Assembly: GCA_035314925.1 (NCBI GenBank)
Contig: DATFYT010000262.1
Span: 7,476-71,475, forward strand
Direction of reading: 5' to 3'
Origin: Mycobacterium sp.
GTDB lineage: Bacteria > Actinomycetota > Actinomycetes > Mycobacteriales > Mycobacteriaceae
Length of the DNA: 64,000 nt
Each line of letters starts with the position of its first letter. Positions within the stretch are counted from its first letter, which is position 1. The position numbers and the translations under genes were made by a program. A model generated the notes under the pieces. That model had not been told where the DNA came from. It did no database searches and saw only the letters and a program-made list of their open reading frames with translations. Below are positions 29,481 through 43,143 of this stretch, one piece after another.

Positions 29481-30337
29481 TGAACCTCTCTGAATGCGAG
29501 CTCGCCGAGGCTCGCGCCACGATCAGCCGTGCGCTCGACGAGGACCTGCGGTACGGGCCGGACGTCACGACGCTGGCGACGGTGCCCGACGGCGCCACCA
29601 CCACCGCGTCGCTCATCACCCGTGAGCCCGGCGTCATCGCCGGTGTCGACGTCGCACTGCTGGTGCTCGACGAGGTGCTCGGCGCCGGCGGCTACCGGGT
29701 AGTCGACCGCGTCGAGGACGGCGCACGGCTGCAGCCGGGGGCGTCGGCGTTGACGGTGGAGGCCCGGATGCTCGGGCTGTTGACCGCCGAGCGCACCCTG
29801 CTCAACCTGGTCTGCCACCTGTCCGGGATAGCCACCGCGACAGCCGCCTGGGTCGACGCCGTGCAGGGCACCAACGCGAAGATCCGCGACACCCGCAAGA
29901 CGCTGCCGGGCCTGCGGGCATTGCAGAAGTACGCGGTCCGGGTCGGCGGTGGGGTCAACCATCGTCTTGGCTTGGGCGATGCGGCGCTGATCAAGGACAA
30001 CCACGTCGCGGCGGCGGGATCGGTGGTCGCGGCGCTACGCGCGGTGCGGGCGGCCGCACCCGATCTGCCGTGTGAGGTCGAAGTCGATTCGCTCGAGCAG
30101 CTCGACGAGGTGTTGGACGAGGCGGCCGAATTGGTGCTGCTCGACAACTTCCCGGTCTGGCAGACCCAGATCGCGGTGCAGCGCCGCGATGCGCGGGCGC
30201 CGGCGACCAAACTCGAGTCGTCCGGCGGGCTTTCGCTGGACACCGCCGCGGACTACGCCGGCACGGGGGTGGATTACCTGGCCGTCGGCGCGCTCACCCA
30301 CTCGGTGCGGGTGCTCGACATCGGCCTGGACATCTGA
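29480..30337 (+). CDS. nadC: Nicotinate-nucleotide pyrophosphorylase
   Basis: DTRKTLPGLR, NHRLGL, IKDNH, EVEVD and LLDNF. Confidence 0.97.
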   Translation: MNLSECELAEARATISRALDEDLRYGPDVTTLATVPDGATTTASLITREPGVIAGVDVALLVLDEVLGAGGYRVVDRVEDGARLQPGASALTVEARMLGLLTAERTLLNLVCHLSGIATATAAWVDAVQGTNAKIRDTRKTLPGLRALQKYAVRVGGGVNHRLGLGDAALIKDNHVAAAGSVVAALRAVRAAAPDLPCEVEVDSLEQLDEVLDEAAELVLLDNFPVWQTQIAVQRRDARAPATKLESSGGLSLDTAADYAGTGVDYLAVGALTHSVRVLDIGLDI

Positions 30338-30346
30338 CGTCTGGGG

Positions 30347-31090
30347 TCAGGGCTTGACGCAGTCCAGCAGCAGGAAACTCGGATACGTCAGGAAATCGTC
30401 CCAAAAGTCTGGCTCGCCATCGCGGACGAGTGATACCTCGGGCCGGTGTACCGCGAAGTTCGCGAAACCCGTCTGAGCGAAAGCGGATTCGTAGGCCGCG
30501 ATCGGCATGTAGTAGTTCTCGATCTCCAGCGTCGAATCCTCTAGCAGCAGCGAAATTTTGGTGGGCGTACCTTCGACGGCGCGGCCGGCGAGCGACAGCT
30601 CGAACCCGTACTTGCGGTAGTCGGGCAGCGGGTCGAGGCCATACACCTCGGGATTGGTGACGATGGTGACAAGACGCCCGTCCGGCTTCAGCCGGCTCCC
30701 GAGGCCGGTGCACATCTGCACGAGTTCGGCTCGGGTTTGCGCGTACACCAGCAGCCACGCGCCGACGACGAGGTCGAAATCCGCGTGCTCGGCCACGGCG
30801 CGGGCGTCTTCGACGCGGTATTCGATGCCTAGCGCCTGACGCGTTTCCTGCTCGCGGGCCAACTCGATCATCCGCTCGGAGATGTCGATCCCGACCACCT
30901 CGACGGCGCCGGCCTGACGCAGCAATCGCGTGAAATGTCCTTCGCCACAGGCGACGTCGAGCACGCGTTTGCCGTCGACATCACCGATGAGGTTCATGAA
31001 TGAATAGGTTTCGGCATGCGCACGCCAGGACTGAGCCTTGGCCTGTTGATACTGCTCTGCGATCCGACTTTCGTTGTAATCGGTGACCAT
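30347..31090 (-). CDS. Class I SAM-dependent methyltransferase, ToxA-like
   Basis: IGDVDGKRVLDVACGEG, VVGIDISERMIELARE, FDLVVGAWLLVYA and FWDDF. Confidence 0.85.
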   Translation of the reverse strand: MVTDYNESRIAEQYQQAKAQSWRAHAETYSFMNLIGDVDGKRVLDVACGEGHFTRLLRQAGAVEVVGIDISERMIELAREQETRQALGIEYRVEDARAVAEHADFDLVVGAWLLVYAQTRAELVQMCTGLGSRLKPDGRLVTIVTNPEVYGLDPLPDYRKYGFELSLAGRAVEGTPTKISLLLEDSTLEIENYYMPIAAYESAFAQTGFANFAVHRPEVSLVRDGEPDFWDDFLTYPSFLLLDCVKP

Positions 31091-31115
31091 GATGACTCAG
31101 ACTAGCGCCGGGGCC

Positions 31116-32186
31116 TCACCATCGTGGCGGCGCGGCCCCTCGTCCGAACCCCCAGGTCGACTGGCCCAATCTGGGTTTCTGCGGTTCGTCGGGCGTCCGC
31201 CGAAAGTCGGCTTGCAGCAACGGTTCCGCATCGGCGCCCTCGGTGAGCGCCGAACACGGTGCGGTGAATTCGCAGTCACGACAATGCTCGGCAAACGTCG
31301 GGTAGACGATTGGCCAACTGGTCATGTCGACCGCCTCGGCCGCGATCTGTGACCCCACCGCGGTGATCTCGTGGCGGCTCCGACGGATGCGCGTACGACG
31401 CAGCACGCCCGCGGTGTGTTGCTCGGTCCGGTCTAACGCCGTCCGGCGCGATGCCTGCGCCGAGACCCGCTGGTGCTGGGGGAGTGACCGCCCGCCGCCG
31501 CTGGCCTCGTGTTGGGCCACCGCTTTCGGTAGGCGCTTCAACGCGGACCCGGTGGGCGGGAGTTTCAGCGGACCGGCGATGCGCACCTCGTTGTGGATGG
31601 TTCCGGCGATCTGCACGCCGATGTAGTCGTGCTCGAACGCCCAACAGGACGCGACCGCCTGCTCGTCGCGGACCAATGTGTCGATGTGCAGCCACTCGTC
31701 AACGATCCGATGGCAGACCACCCAGTACTCGTCGGCGGCATCCACCGCGACCAAATCGATACGGCACGGGTAGATCACCGGTGAACCGTCGTGCACCACC
31801 AATCCGCGCTCGGAGTCTTCGGGATCCGGGACCAGGGCATCGACATCGAGGTTGATCTTGACCGGTGCGAAGTCGTCGATGGAGTTTGCCCAGGCGTCGT
31901 AACAGTCCAGCAGCGCTGCTGCCCTGTCGAGCTCGTCCGTCGCGTCGGCATCTTCCAGCGACCGTTCGAGTGCCCTGTGTACCAACGGTTGGGTGACCTC
32001 GTGTTGCCAGTCCCAGGTGCCGGGGTAGTAGTAGACGGCCAACGCGTCCTTGAGCGCAGCGGGTAGCGCGGGCTCGACGAAGTCGGTCGATCGCAGGTTG
32101 CGACGATGCGGTGACGCGAAATCCCACTGCCGTCGGCAGCGTTTGAACTGTGCGCGCTCCTCGGCGGTGATCCGATAGTCGACCAT
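31116..32186 (-). CDS. PD-(D/E)xK-fold (AddB/Cas4-like) protein with a 1+3 Cys Fe-S staple and degenerate active site
   Basis: FKRCRRQW near the N-terminus, CRIDLV...VVCHR centrally, HCRDCEFTAPC near the C-terminus. Confidence 0.7.
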   Translation of the reverse strand: MVDYRITAEERAQFKRCRRQWDFASPHRRNLRSTDFVEPALPAALKDALAVYYYPGTWDWQHEVTQPLVHRALERSLEDADATDELDRAAALLDCYDAWANSIDDFAPVKINLDVDALVPDPEDSERGLVVHDGSPVIYPCRIDLVAVDAADEYWVVCHRIVDEWLHIDTLVRDEQAVASCWAFEHDYIGVQIAGTIHNEVRIAGPLKLPPTGSALKRLPKAVAQHEASGGGRSLPQHQRVSAQASRRTALDRTEQHTAGVLRRTRIRRSRHEITAVGSQIAAEAVDMTSWPIVYPTFAEHCRDCEFTAPCSALTEGADAEPLLQADFRRTPDEPQKPRLGQSTWGFGRGAAPPRW

Positions 32187-32198
32187 GTGCCCAGCCGC

Positions 32199-32495
32199 TC
32201 AGTGGTGGTGCGGCCAGGGCTCGTCGACCGGCCACCGACACCGGTCCGCGGTATCAGCCATCGACTCGAGTTCGGCCAGCAGGTCGTCGAAGAACGCCCG
32301 CAGCCGTGCCGGTTCGCCAATGGGCCAGGCGGCTGAAAACGACATCCACACGTCGGGAGCGGTTGCTGAAGACGGCATTTCGGCGGCCGCCACCATTCGC
32401 CAGTTGTAGGAATCGCCGCAGCGCTCGAGGTACACGAGGTCATCGCGACCGGGGCGTGCCGCCACGATCGAGGCGAAAAGTTCATCACGAGTCAT
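32199..32495 (-). CDS. Small hypothetical protein (98 aa), in frame with the upstream TetR
   Basis: MTRDELFASIV...WPVDEPWPHHH; TATCCT -10-like hexamer upstream; 12 bp from the next gene. Confidence 0.6.
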   Translation of the reverse strand: MTRDELFASIVAARPGRDDLVYLERCGDSYNWRMVAAAEMPSSATAPDVWMSFSAAWPIGEPARLRAFFDDLLAELESMADTADRCRWPVDEPWPHHH

Positions 32496-33104
32496 GCCGC
32501 ACCCCGTCTGTCCAGGATAGGCCTGCCGACGCGCTCGATCTAGGCCAAGCAAGCGACGTGCTGCCGGCTTGGCGGCAACCAGCGCGCCCGCATCTCCGGC
32601 GATGCGGGACAGGATCAGCGCTCCCTCGATCAGTGAAATAATGGCCACGGCAACGCTTTCCGCTTCGGTTCGCGGCCAGCCTTCAGCGTGCAGCCGTTCT
32701 TCGATCGCCCTGCACCAGCCGGAAAAGGCGCGTGCCGACGCCTCACGCACCACCGCGCTGGCATTCACCGACTCGGTAGCGATGGGCTCGATAGGGCAGC
32801 CGTCGCGTCGATCCGCGGTCAGCCCGTTGACCAGCAAGTCAATCCACCGATCGACGATGTCGGCGACCGGCAGGCCCCCGGCCAGGAATCTACGCAACAG
32901 TTGCTCGATGGCGGCCCCGGTGTGATCGACGACGGCAGCGGCCAGTTGCTGCTTGCCCTGCGGAAAGTGGTGATACAGCGAGCCCGGCTTGACGCCTGCC
33001 TCGTCGAGGATCTGGTGGAGTCCGGTCGCGGCGTAGCCCTGACGGCGGAACAAGGTGGCCGCGGTGTCGATCAACGCGCCGCGGCTGCGGTCGGGTCTCG
33101 GCAT
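32496..33104 (-). CDS. TetR family regulator (no in-frame stop; reads through to 32199)
   Basis: LIDTAATLFRRQGYAATGLHQILDEAGVKPGSLYHHFPQGK HTH; GCPI...E C-domain. Confidence 0.88.
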
Positions 33105-33117
33105 GCTATTGACAATA

Positions 33118-33135
33118 CTTGAGTGATCACTCAAG
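33118..33135. promoter_or_regulatory. Perfect 18-bp palindrome, putative TetR operator overlapping divergent promoters
   Basis: CTTGAGTGATCACTCAAG in a 40-bp intergenic region; TTGACA at 33109-33114. Confidence 0.85.
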
Positions 33136-33144
33136 AATGCTGAA

Positions 33145-34173
33145 ATGAAGCAGCTGACGTTTGAAGATGTCAGGCGATACGTCTGGCGCGACGTGCCCGA
33201 TCTGACGATCACCGCGCCGGAGCAGGCCCTGATCAGGCCCTTGGCAGTGGCTTGTTGCGACCTCGACGTCGCGGTCGTCCACGGCCGATTGCCCATGCCG
33301 CCCGGGCATGCAGTCGGCCATGAGGGACTCGGCGAGGTTGTCGCGGTGGGTGACGGCGTATCCGGCGTCCGAGTCGGCGACCGCGTGGTCGTACCGTTTC
33401 AGATCAGCTGCGGACACTGCCGCGAATGCCGCCGCGGCGTCACGGGTTCATGCGGTTCGCTGCCGATGATGGCGATGTACGGAATGGCCCCGCTTGCCGG
33501 TCTGGACGGCGGCGGATTCATGAGCGATCTCGTACTCGTGCCCTACGCCGACGCGATGCTGATCCCCGTTCCCGACGCCGTTGACCCGACCGCCATCGCC
33601 TCACTGTCGGACAACATTCCCGACGGCTGGCGCGCGGTTGGGCCTTACCGCGCGGAGCTGGCCGGGCTCGATCAGGCCGATCGCCGCGTCCTCGTCGTCG
33701 GCCGCCTGTCGATCGGGCTGTACGCGACGGCGTTCGCGGCAGCACTCGGCTTCCATGTCGACTACGTCGATACCGATTCGGATCGCCTGGCGGCCGCCGA
33801 GAAGCTCGGGGCAGCGGTCCATGACGTAGCCAAACCCGACAAGTCTTGGGATCCGTATCCCGTTACCGTGAACACCAGCGGCGATTCAGCGCTGCTTGCC
33901 GCATCGCTGCGTGCCACCTGGCCGGACGGCGTCTGCACCGACACCGGGATTTACCCCGAATACAACGTCGAGATGCCGCTGCTGCCGATGTACACCCGCG
34001 GTGTGCGATTCGTGACCGGGCGGGTCAACGCGCGGGCCGTCATCCCGGAAATCCTGGAACTACTGGCCGGTGGGTGCGATCTGTCACCGGTTGTCGACCG
34101 CGTCGTGGCCTGGGAGGACGCGCCGTCGGTGTGGCCGACGATGGCCGGCAAGACGGTTTTCAGTCGGGTTTAG
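33145..34173 (+). CDS. Zinc-dependent alcohol dehydrogenase family protein
   Basis: [26 protein letters not shown] and SDNIPDG. Confidence 0.9.
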   Translation: MKQLTFEDVRRYVWRDVPDLTITAPEQALIRPLAVACCDLDVAVVHGRLPMPPGHAVGHEGLGEVVAVGDGVSGVRVGDRVVVPFQISCGHCRECRRGVTGSCGSLPMMAMYGMAPLAGLDGGGFMSDLVLVPYADAMLIPVPDAVDPTAIASLSDNIPDGWRAVGPYRAELAGLDQADRRVLVVGRLSIGLYATAFAAALGFHVDYVDTDSDRLAAAEKLGAAVHDVAKPDKSWDPYPVTVNTSGDSALLAASLRATWPDGVCTDTGIYPEYNVEMPLLPMYTRGVRFVTGRVNARAVIPEILELLAGGCDLSPVVDRVVAWEDAPSVWPTMAGKTVFSRV

Positions 34174-34580
34174 GCGATATCGGCGACGAAGACCGCGACC
34201 CGTCCGATCTGCTGGCGGGCCAAGAAGGGCAGCCCCTTGCCGTCGCTGCCGGCGGGCAGGACCCGCGGGTTGGTGATGTGGACGTCCTTGCGGATGAAGT
34301 GCAGGTCGGCTTCGCCGGCAGCCAGCACGTTCTTCACCCAATCGGTTTTGCCGTGCGCCAGCCCGATGGCCAGCACGTTGCCTTTGGTGTACGCGGTCAC
34401 GATGGTCTCATATTGCTTGCCGGATGCGCGGCCACGGTGCTTGATCACCGAGAACGTCGGAAGGTAGCGCGCGATCGGCTTCACCGCCGGGTTGAAGTAC
34501 TTGGTCTGGAACTTCTCGAACCAGACCGGGAAGAGCATCGGGACGCCCGGGGCGTTGTTGGGATGGTCCTGTCGGGACAT
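34170..34580 (-). CDS. Deazaflavin (F420)-dependent nitroreductase family protein (Rv1598c-like)
   Basis: [12 protein letters not shown] and [11 protein letters not shown]; divergent from hisD. Confidence 0.88.
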   Translation of the reverse strand: MSRQDHPNNAPGVPMLFPVWFEKFQTKYFNPAVKPIARYLPTFSVIKHRGRASGKQYETIVTAYTKGNVLAIGLAHGKTDWVKNVLAAGEADLHFIRKDVHITNPRVLPAGSDGKGLPFLARQQIGRVAVFVADIA

Positions 34581-34658
34581 GGCGGCTCCGTTTTTCGTGG
34601 TTTGCGGTCAGCGTACCGGCCCAATATGCAGTTGCCATTCTCTGGGACAATGGTCGAT

Positions 34659-37721
<3,063 letters not shown>

Positions 37722-37725
<4 letters not shown>

Positions 37726-38342
37726 CAGCCAAATCCGTTGTGGTTTTGGACTACGGCTCGGGCAATCTGCGTTCTGCGCAACGTGCGTTGCAGCGCGTGG
37801 GCGCCTCGGTGGACGTGACGGCCGACCTCGACGCCGCCGCAACCGCCGACGGGTTGGTGGTTCCGGGTGTCGGCGCTTTTGAGGCGTGCATGACCGGGTT
37901 ACGCGGGATCGGCGGAGAGCGGGTCATCGCCGAGCGAATTGCCGGCGGGCGACCGGTGCTGGGTGTGTGTGTCGGTATGCAGATTTTGTTCGCCCGCGGT
38001 GTCGAGTTCGGGGTGGAAACCAGCGGCTGCGGGCAGTGGCCCGGCGCCGTGACTGGGTTGGATGCGCCGGTAATCCCGCACATGGGCTGGAACTTAGTCG
38101 CGGGCGCGCCGGGCACCGCGCTGTTCAAAGGCCTCGACGCCGATGCCCGGTTCTACTTCGTGCACTCCTACGCGGCCCAGCGCTGGGAAGGTTCGCCCGA
38201 TGCACTGCTGACCTGGGCCACCCACGGGGTGCCGTTTTTGGCCGCAGTCGAGGACGGGCCGCTGGCCGCCACCCAGTTCCATCCGGAAAAGAGCGGGGAC
38301 GCCGGGGCGGCGGTGTTGAGCAATTGGGTTGAGGGGTTATAG
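37722..38342 (+). CDS. hisH: IGP synthase glutamine amidotransferase subunit
   Basis: [20 protein letters not shown] and QFHPEKS. Confidence 0.97.
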
Positions 38343-38344
38343 AC

Positions 38345-39079
38345 GTGCCGTTGATTTTGTTGCCCGCGGTCGACGTAGTCGAGGGTCGGGCGGTGCGGTT
38401 GGTGCAGGGCCGGGCCGGCAGTGAAACCGAGTATGGCTCAGCGCTGGACGCCGCGCTGGGCTGGCAACGCGACGGTGCCGAATGGGTTCACCTGGTCGAC
38501 CTGGACGCAGCGTTCGGTCGCGGCTCCAATCGTGAACTGCTGGCCGAGGTGGTCGGCAAACTCGACGTGCAGGTCGAACTTTCCGGCGGTATCCGCGACG
38601 ACGACTCGTTGACGGCCGCGCTGGCGACCGGATGCGCACGGGTCAACCTCGGCACCGCCGCGCTGGAGAATCCGCGCTGGTGCGCTCAGGCGATCGCCGA
38701 GCACGGCGACAAGGTCGCTGTCGGGCTGGACGTGCAGATTGTCGACGGCGATCATCGGCTGCGCGGCCGCGGCTGGGAGACCGACGGCGGCGATCTGTGG
38801 CAAGTGCTGGAACGCCTTGACGGCGAAGGGTGTTCGCGGTTCGTCGTGACCGATGTCACCAAGGACGGCACCTTGACCGGGCCCAACCTCGATCTGCTTG
38901 GCGCGGTCGCCGAACGCACCGACGCACCGGTGATCGCCTCCGGCGGTGTGTCCAGCCTCGACGATCTGCGTGCCATCGCCACGCTGATCGACAGCGGCGT
39001 TGAGGGCGCGATCGTGGGCAAGGCGCTCTACGCCGGACGATTCACTCTGCCGCAGGCGCTGTCAGCGGTGGCGGGCTAG
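38345..39079 (+). CDS. priA: Phosphoribosyl isomerase A (HisA/TrpF bifunctional)
   Basis: LLPAVDV, HLVDLD, SGGIRD, RGRGWE and TDVTKDGTL. Confidence 0.95.
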   Translation: MPLILLPAVDVVEGRAVRLVQGRAGSETEYGSALDAALGWQRDGAEWVHLVDLDAAFGRGSNRELLAEVVGKLDVQVELSGGIRDDDSLTAALATGCARVNLGTAALENPRWCAQAIAEHGDKVAVGLDVQIVDGDHRLRGRGWETDGGDLWQVLERLDGEGCSRFVVTDVTKDGTLTGPNLDLLGAVAERTDAPVIASGGVSSLDDLRAIATLIDSGVEGAIVGKALYAGRFTLPQALSAVAG

Positions 39080-39090
39080 GGCCGGCCGCA

Positions 39091-39891
39091 ATGGATCTCG
39101 ATGCGCTGGTGGCCGAGGCGTCGGCGATCCTGGACGACGCCGCCGAGCCGTTCATTGCCGGTCATCGAGCGAAGTCAGCGGTCAGCAAGCGGGGCGACGA
39201 CTTCGCGACCAAGGTCGATCTGGAGATCGAGCGCCAGGTCGTCGACGCGCTGGCGAAAGCTACCGGAATCCCAGTGCACGGCGAGGAGTTCGGTGGCGCG
39301 GAACTCGACTCGCCGTGGGTGTGGGTGCTGGATCCGATCGACGGGACGTTCAACTACGCCGCCGGCTCGCCGATGGCCGCGATTCTTCTGGGCCTGCTGC
39401 ACGACGGACATCCGGTGGCGGGCCTGACGTGGTTGCCGTTCACCGGCGAGCGCTACGTCGCGGTGTCGGGCGGTCCGCTGACGAAAAGCGGTGTGCCGCA
39501 GGAGCCGTTGGCCACGGTCGAGCTCGCGGATTCGGTCATCGGTGTCGGCACCTTCAATGCCGACTCGCGTGGCCGGTTTCCGGGCCGCTACCGGCTAGCG
39601 GTGCTCGAAGAGCTCAGCCGGGTTTCGTCGCGGCTGCGGATGCATGGTGCCACCGGCATCGACCTCGCATATGTCGCCGACGGGATTCTGGGTGGTTCAA
39701 TCAGTTTCGGCCACCACGTGTGGGATCACGCCGCGGGCGTGGCGCTGGTACGCGCCGCCGGTGGCATTGTGACGAACCTGGCCGGCGAAGAGTGGACGCC
39801 CGATTCGCGGTCCGCGCTGGCCGCCGCCCCTGGTGTGCACGCCCAGATACTCGAGATCCTGCGGAGGGTAGGGCGACCGGATGAGTACTGA
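39091..39891 (+). CDS. impA: Inositol monophosphatase family protein
   Basis: [15 protein letters not shown] and WDHAAG. Confidence 0.92.
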   Translation: MDLDALVAEASAILDDAAEPFIAGHRAKSAVSKRGDDFATKVDLEIERQVVDALAKATGIPVHGEEFGGAELDSPWVWVLDPIDGTFNYAAGSPMAAILLGLLHDGHPVAGLTWLPFTGERYVAVSGGPLTKSGVPQEPLATVELADSVIGVGTFNADSRGRFPGRYRLAVLEELSRVSSRLRMHGATGIDLAYVADGILGGSISFGHHVWDHAAGVALVRAAGGIVTNLAGEEWTPDSRSALAAAPGVHAQILEILRRVGRPDEY

Positions 39892-40678
39892 AGCCTATTG
39901 CGGCACCAATCTCGCGGTGCGGGTGATTCCCTGCCTGGACGTCGACGACGGTCGGGTGGTCAAAGGTGTCAACTTCGAAAACCTTCGGGATGCAGGTGAT
40001 CCCGTGGAACTGGCCGCCGCCTACGACGCCGAAGGCGCCGACGAGCTGACCTTCCTCGACGTCACCGCATCGTCGTCGGGACGCGCCACCATGCTCGAGG
40101 TGGTGCGCCGCACCGCCGAGCAGGTATTCATACCGCTTACCGTGGGCGGCGGGGTGCGTACGGTCGCCGACGTCGACGTGCTGCTGCGCGCGGGAGCGGA
40201 CAAGGTATCGATCAACACCGCGGCCATCGCGCGGCCCGAGCTGCTGGCCGAGATGGCCAATCAGTTTGGCTCGCAGTGCATCGTGCTGTCCGTCGACGCC
40301 CGCACCGTGCCTGCCGGCTCGGCCCCCACACCATCGGGTTGGGAGGTCACCACCCACGGTGGGCGGCGGGGCACCGGCATCGACGCCGTCCAATGGGCGG
40401 CGCGGGGTGCCGAGCTCGGAGTCGGGGAGATCCTGCTCAATTCGATGGATGCCGACGGCACCCAGGCCGGTTTCGACCTGGCGATGTTGCGGGCGGTGCG
40501 CGCGGCGGTGACGGTCCCGGTGATCGCCAGCGGCGGCGCGGGTGCCGCCGAACACTTCGCACCCGCGGTCGCCGCGGGTGCCGATGCGGTGTTGGCCGCC
40601 AGTGTCTTTCATTTTCGGCAATTGACGATCGGGCAGGTGAAGGCGGCCATGGCCGCAGAAGGGATCACTGTGCGATGA
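39881..40678 (+). CDS. hisF: IGP synthase cyclase subunit
   Basis: [24 protein letters not shown] and ASGGAG. Confidence 0.97.
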   Translation: MSTEAYCGTNLAVRVIPCLDVDDGRVVKGVNFENLRDAGDPVELAAAYDAEGADELTFLDVTASSSGRATMLEVVRRTAEQVFIPLTVGGGVRTVADVDVLLRAGADKVSINTAAIARPELLAEMANQFGSQCIVLSVDARTVPAGSAPTPSGWEVTTHGGRRGTGIDAVQWAARGAELGVGEILLNSMDADGTQAGFDLAMLRAVRAAVTVPVIASGGAGAAEHFAPAVAAGADAVLAASVFHFRQLTIGQVKAAMAAEGITVR

Positions 40679-41022
40679 CGCTGGATCCCGCGATCGCCGC
40701 GCGCCTCAAGCGCAACGCCGACGGACTGTTCACCGCCGTCGTTCAGGAGCGCAACAGCGGCGACGTGCTGATGATCGCCTGGATGGACGACGAGGCGCTG
40801 GCCCGTACGCTGGAAACCCGTGAAGGAACATACTTTTCGCGATCTCGCGGCGAGCAGTGGGTCAAGGGAGCGACCTCCGGTCACACCCAGCACGTGCATT
40901 CGGTGCGTCTGGACTGCGACGGCGATGCGGTGCTGCTACTGGTCGACCAGGTCGGCGGCGCCTGCCACACCGGCGACCACAGCTGCTTCGACGCCGACGA
41001 ACTGCTGGGGCCTGACGACTGA
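40675..41022 (+). CDS. hisI: Phosphoribosyl-AMP cyclohydrolase
   Basis: SRSR..W.KGATSG, LDCDGD and ACHTG..SCF. Confidence 0.96.
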   Translation: MTLDPAIAARLKRNADGLFTAVVQERNSGDVLMIAWMDDEALARTLETREGTYFSRSRGEQWVKGATSGHTQHVHSVRLDCDGDAVLLLVDQVGGACHTGDHSCFDADELLGPDD

Positions 41023-41140
41023 CCGGCTAAAGTTCGGTTGCTGCGCGAATGCGACAACTGGCTGTTGTACGGACGCCGAGTATTGACGGCAACCTCAGCA
41101 GCCCATTCCGATCCCGCCGCATAGGAGGCATTTCCGGTAT

Positions 41141-41545
41141 TTGGGTCCGGACAGTCGGCCAGCCCTGCTCCTCGATAACATCGATCGAACCCGAAACGTC
41201 CTTGAAACCTTGCGGGAGCTCAACATTCACGTCGCACTCGACGATTTCGGCAGCGGCTACTCGGCATTGACCTACCTGCGCAAGCTGCCCATCGATGAAG
41301 TCAAAGTCGACCATGACCTGATCGGTCACGTGTTGACAGACCCGCGCGCCGATGCCATCGTCCGAGCTGTCGTTGACCTGGCGTATGCCCTGTACGTGAC
41401 AACTGTCGCTGAGGGCGTGGAGAACGCCGAGATCGCCGCATATTTGCGTGACTGTGGATGCGAAGTGGCGCAAGGCATCTACTACAGCCCGCCGATAACG
41501 GCTGCCGCGATGATGGAACTGATGGCATCACCAGCACCACTCTGA
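41141..41545 (+). pseudogene. 5'-truncated EAL (c-di-GMP phosphodiesterase) domain
   Basis: VALDDFGSGYS, EVKVD, VAEGVE and AQGIYYS are present; the N-terminal EAL motif and first half are absent. Confidence 0.75.
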
Positions 41546-41546
41546 G

Positions 41547-43076
41547 TTAGCCGGCGGTCTCCAAGCCGTTGGCGGCCGCCACCGCCGCGCGGGCCCATTC
41601 GTCTTTGTGCACAGCGGGCGCGATCCGCTCTTTTCGAATGAGCTCAGCGTTGACTCGGGGTCCGTCGGTCCCGTTGGTCATGGCGGCGGGCGGTCGAAAC
41701 GAGAAGGTTCGGTGGGCGGTGGCGATGGCCAAAAGCCCGTCCGTGTCACTGAATCCGTTGGCGCGCATCGTGTCCTCAGCCCATCGCAATGGAGTGAGGC
41801 CGGAGAAATCGTTGACGTACGCCACCCAGAGGTGGACGTTGCGCTCGGTGTAGAGCTTCGTGATCGCGCCCTCGACCGCCGTACGGCCGGCGGCGGTCAG
41901 AACGCCTGAGGGGTCGGTGACGTAGCGGGTGAGTTGGATCGTTGGCAGTGGCGCGACGGCGCCGTTGTCCGGCTGGCTCGGGGCTGGGTTGGCGTCGCTG
42001 CCACGCTGGTTCGTGGCGGCGGGGGCGCCGGTGCCCGCCAAGTGCGCGTGGCGACGCATCAGATCTACGCCCACCACTCCGGCCACCGCGAGCAGAAGCA
42101 GCGTGGCGACAGCAGATATCACCACCGCCGGACGCAGTGCGCGGCGGCGCGGTTTCGCCTGCGCGGGCTGCTGCGGCGCGGTAACACGTGCCGTGGGGGC
42201 CACGGCCGCGCCGCCGGCAACCGTGCGCGCCGCGCCGACGGCCGGTTGCCCGGTGAGAGCCGTCGCGAAATCCAAACAGCTTGAGTAGCGATCACCGGGA
42301 TCCTTCGCCAGCACGGTGGTGATCACGTCGTTGAGTTCCGCGAGCTCGGGTCGTCGTTCGCCGATCAGCGGGGGCGGCGCGGATAGGTGTTGGCTGATGA
42401 CCACCGCCGCATTGGAGTTTTGGTACGGCGCAGCGCCGGTCAGCAGCTGAAAAGCGGTGCAACCAAGCGCGTACTGGTCGGCCCGCGCGTCGATGTCTGA
42501 ACCCATGAGTTGCTCGGGCGCCGAGTAACCGGTCGTCCCGACCACCATGTTGGTGGCGGTCAACCCGCTGATATCACCGATTTGTCTGGCGATTCCGAAG
42601 TCGGCCAACAAGATCCGTCGCCCGCGGGAATCGGCCTCGGTCAGCAAGATGTTGGCGGGCTTGACGTCTCGGTGCAGCAATCCCCGTAGATGGGCGTAAT
42701 CGAGCGCGTCAGCAACAGCGGTGACGATCTCGAACACCTCGGCTTTCGGCATCCCGGATGGATACCGGCTGCGCAGCAACTCGGCGGCGTCGGTCCCCTC
42801 GACGTAGTCCATCGACAGCCACAGCTGGCCCTCGAACTCGCCGCGGTCGTGGATGCCGACGATGTGGGGATGCCAGAGCTCCGCGGCGATGTCGGCTTCG
42901 CGGCTGAATCGCTGCCGGTACTCGTCGTCCCCGGTCAGGGAGGCGGGTAATACCTTGAGGGCGTCTCGGCGGGGCAGTCGCGGATGTTGGGCCAGATAGA
43001 CCTCGCCCATCCCACCGGACCCCAACTGCCGCAGGATCGTATATCCGGCGAACACGTCCCCCTGGTTCAGCGGCAT
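41547..43076 (-). CDS. Membrane Ser/Thr protein kinase (PknF-like kinase domain) with C-terminal TPM-like domain
   Basis: [26 protein letters not shown] and APE; TM segment; then [10 protein letters not shown]...LWVAYVNDF...LLAIA. Confidence 0.92.
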   Translation of the reverse strand: MPLNQGDVFAGYTILRQLGSGGMGEVYLAQHPRLPRRDALKVLPASLTGDDEYRQRFSREADIAAELWHPHIVGIHDRGEFEGQLWLSMDYVEGTDAAELLRSRYPSGMPKAEVFEIVTAVADALDYAHLRGLLHRDVKPANILLTEADSRGRRILLADFGIARQIGDISGLTATNMVVGTTGYSAPEQLMGSDIDARADQYALGCTAFQLLTGAAPYQNSNAAVVISQHLSAPPPLIGERRPELAELNDVITTVLAKDPGDRYSSCLDFATALTGQPAVGAARTVAGGAAVAPTARVTAPQQPAQAKPRRRALRPAVVISAVATLLLLAVAGVVGVDLMRRHAHLAGTGAPAATNQRGSDANPAPSQPDNGAVAPLPTIQLTRYVTDPSGVLTAAGRTAVEGAITKLYTERNVHLWVAYVNDFSGLTPLRWAEDTMRANGFSDTDGLLAIATAHRTFSFRPPAAMTNGTDGPRVNAELIRKERIAPAVHKDEWARAAVAAANGLETAG

Positions 43077-43143
43077 GCCAGCATGCTACAAAGGCGCCCG
43101 GCCCGAAGGCCCACCTGTTGCAGATCGGGCTACTTGAACGTTA

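Noticed and set aside
31116-32186. CRISPR-associated cas4
   Set aside because: No repeat-spacer array or other cas genes are in the window, and the catalytic motif is degenerate.
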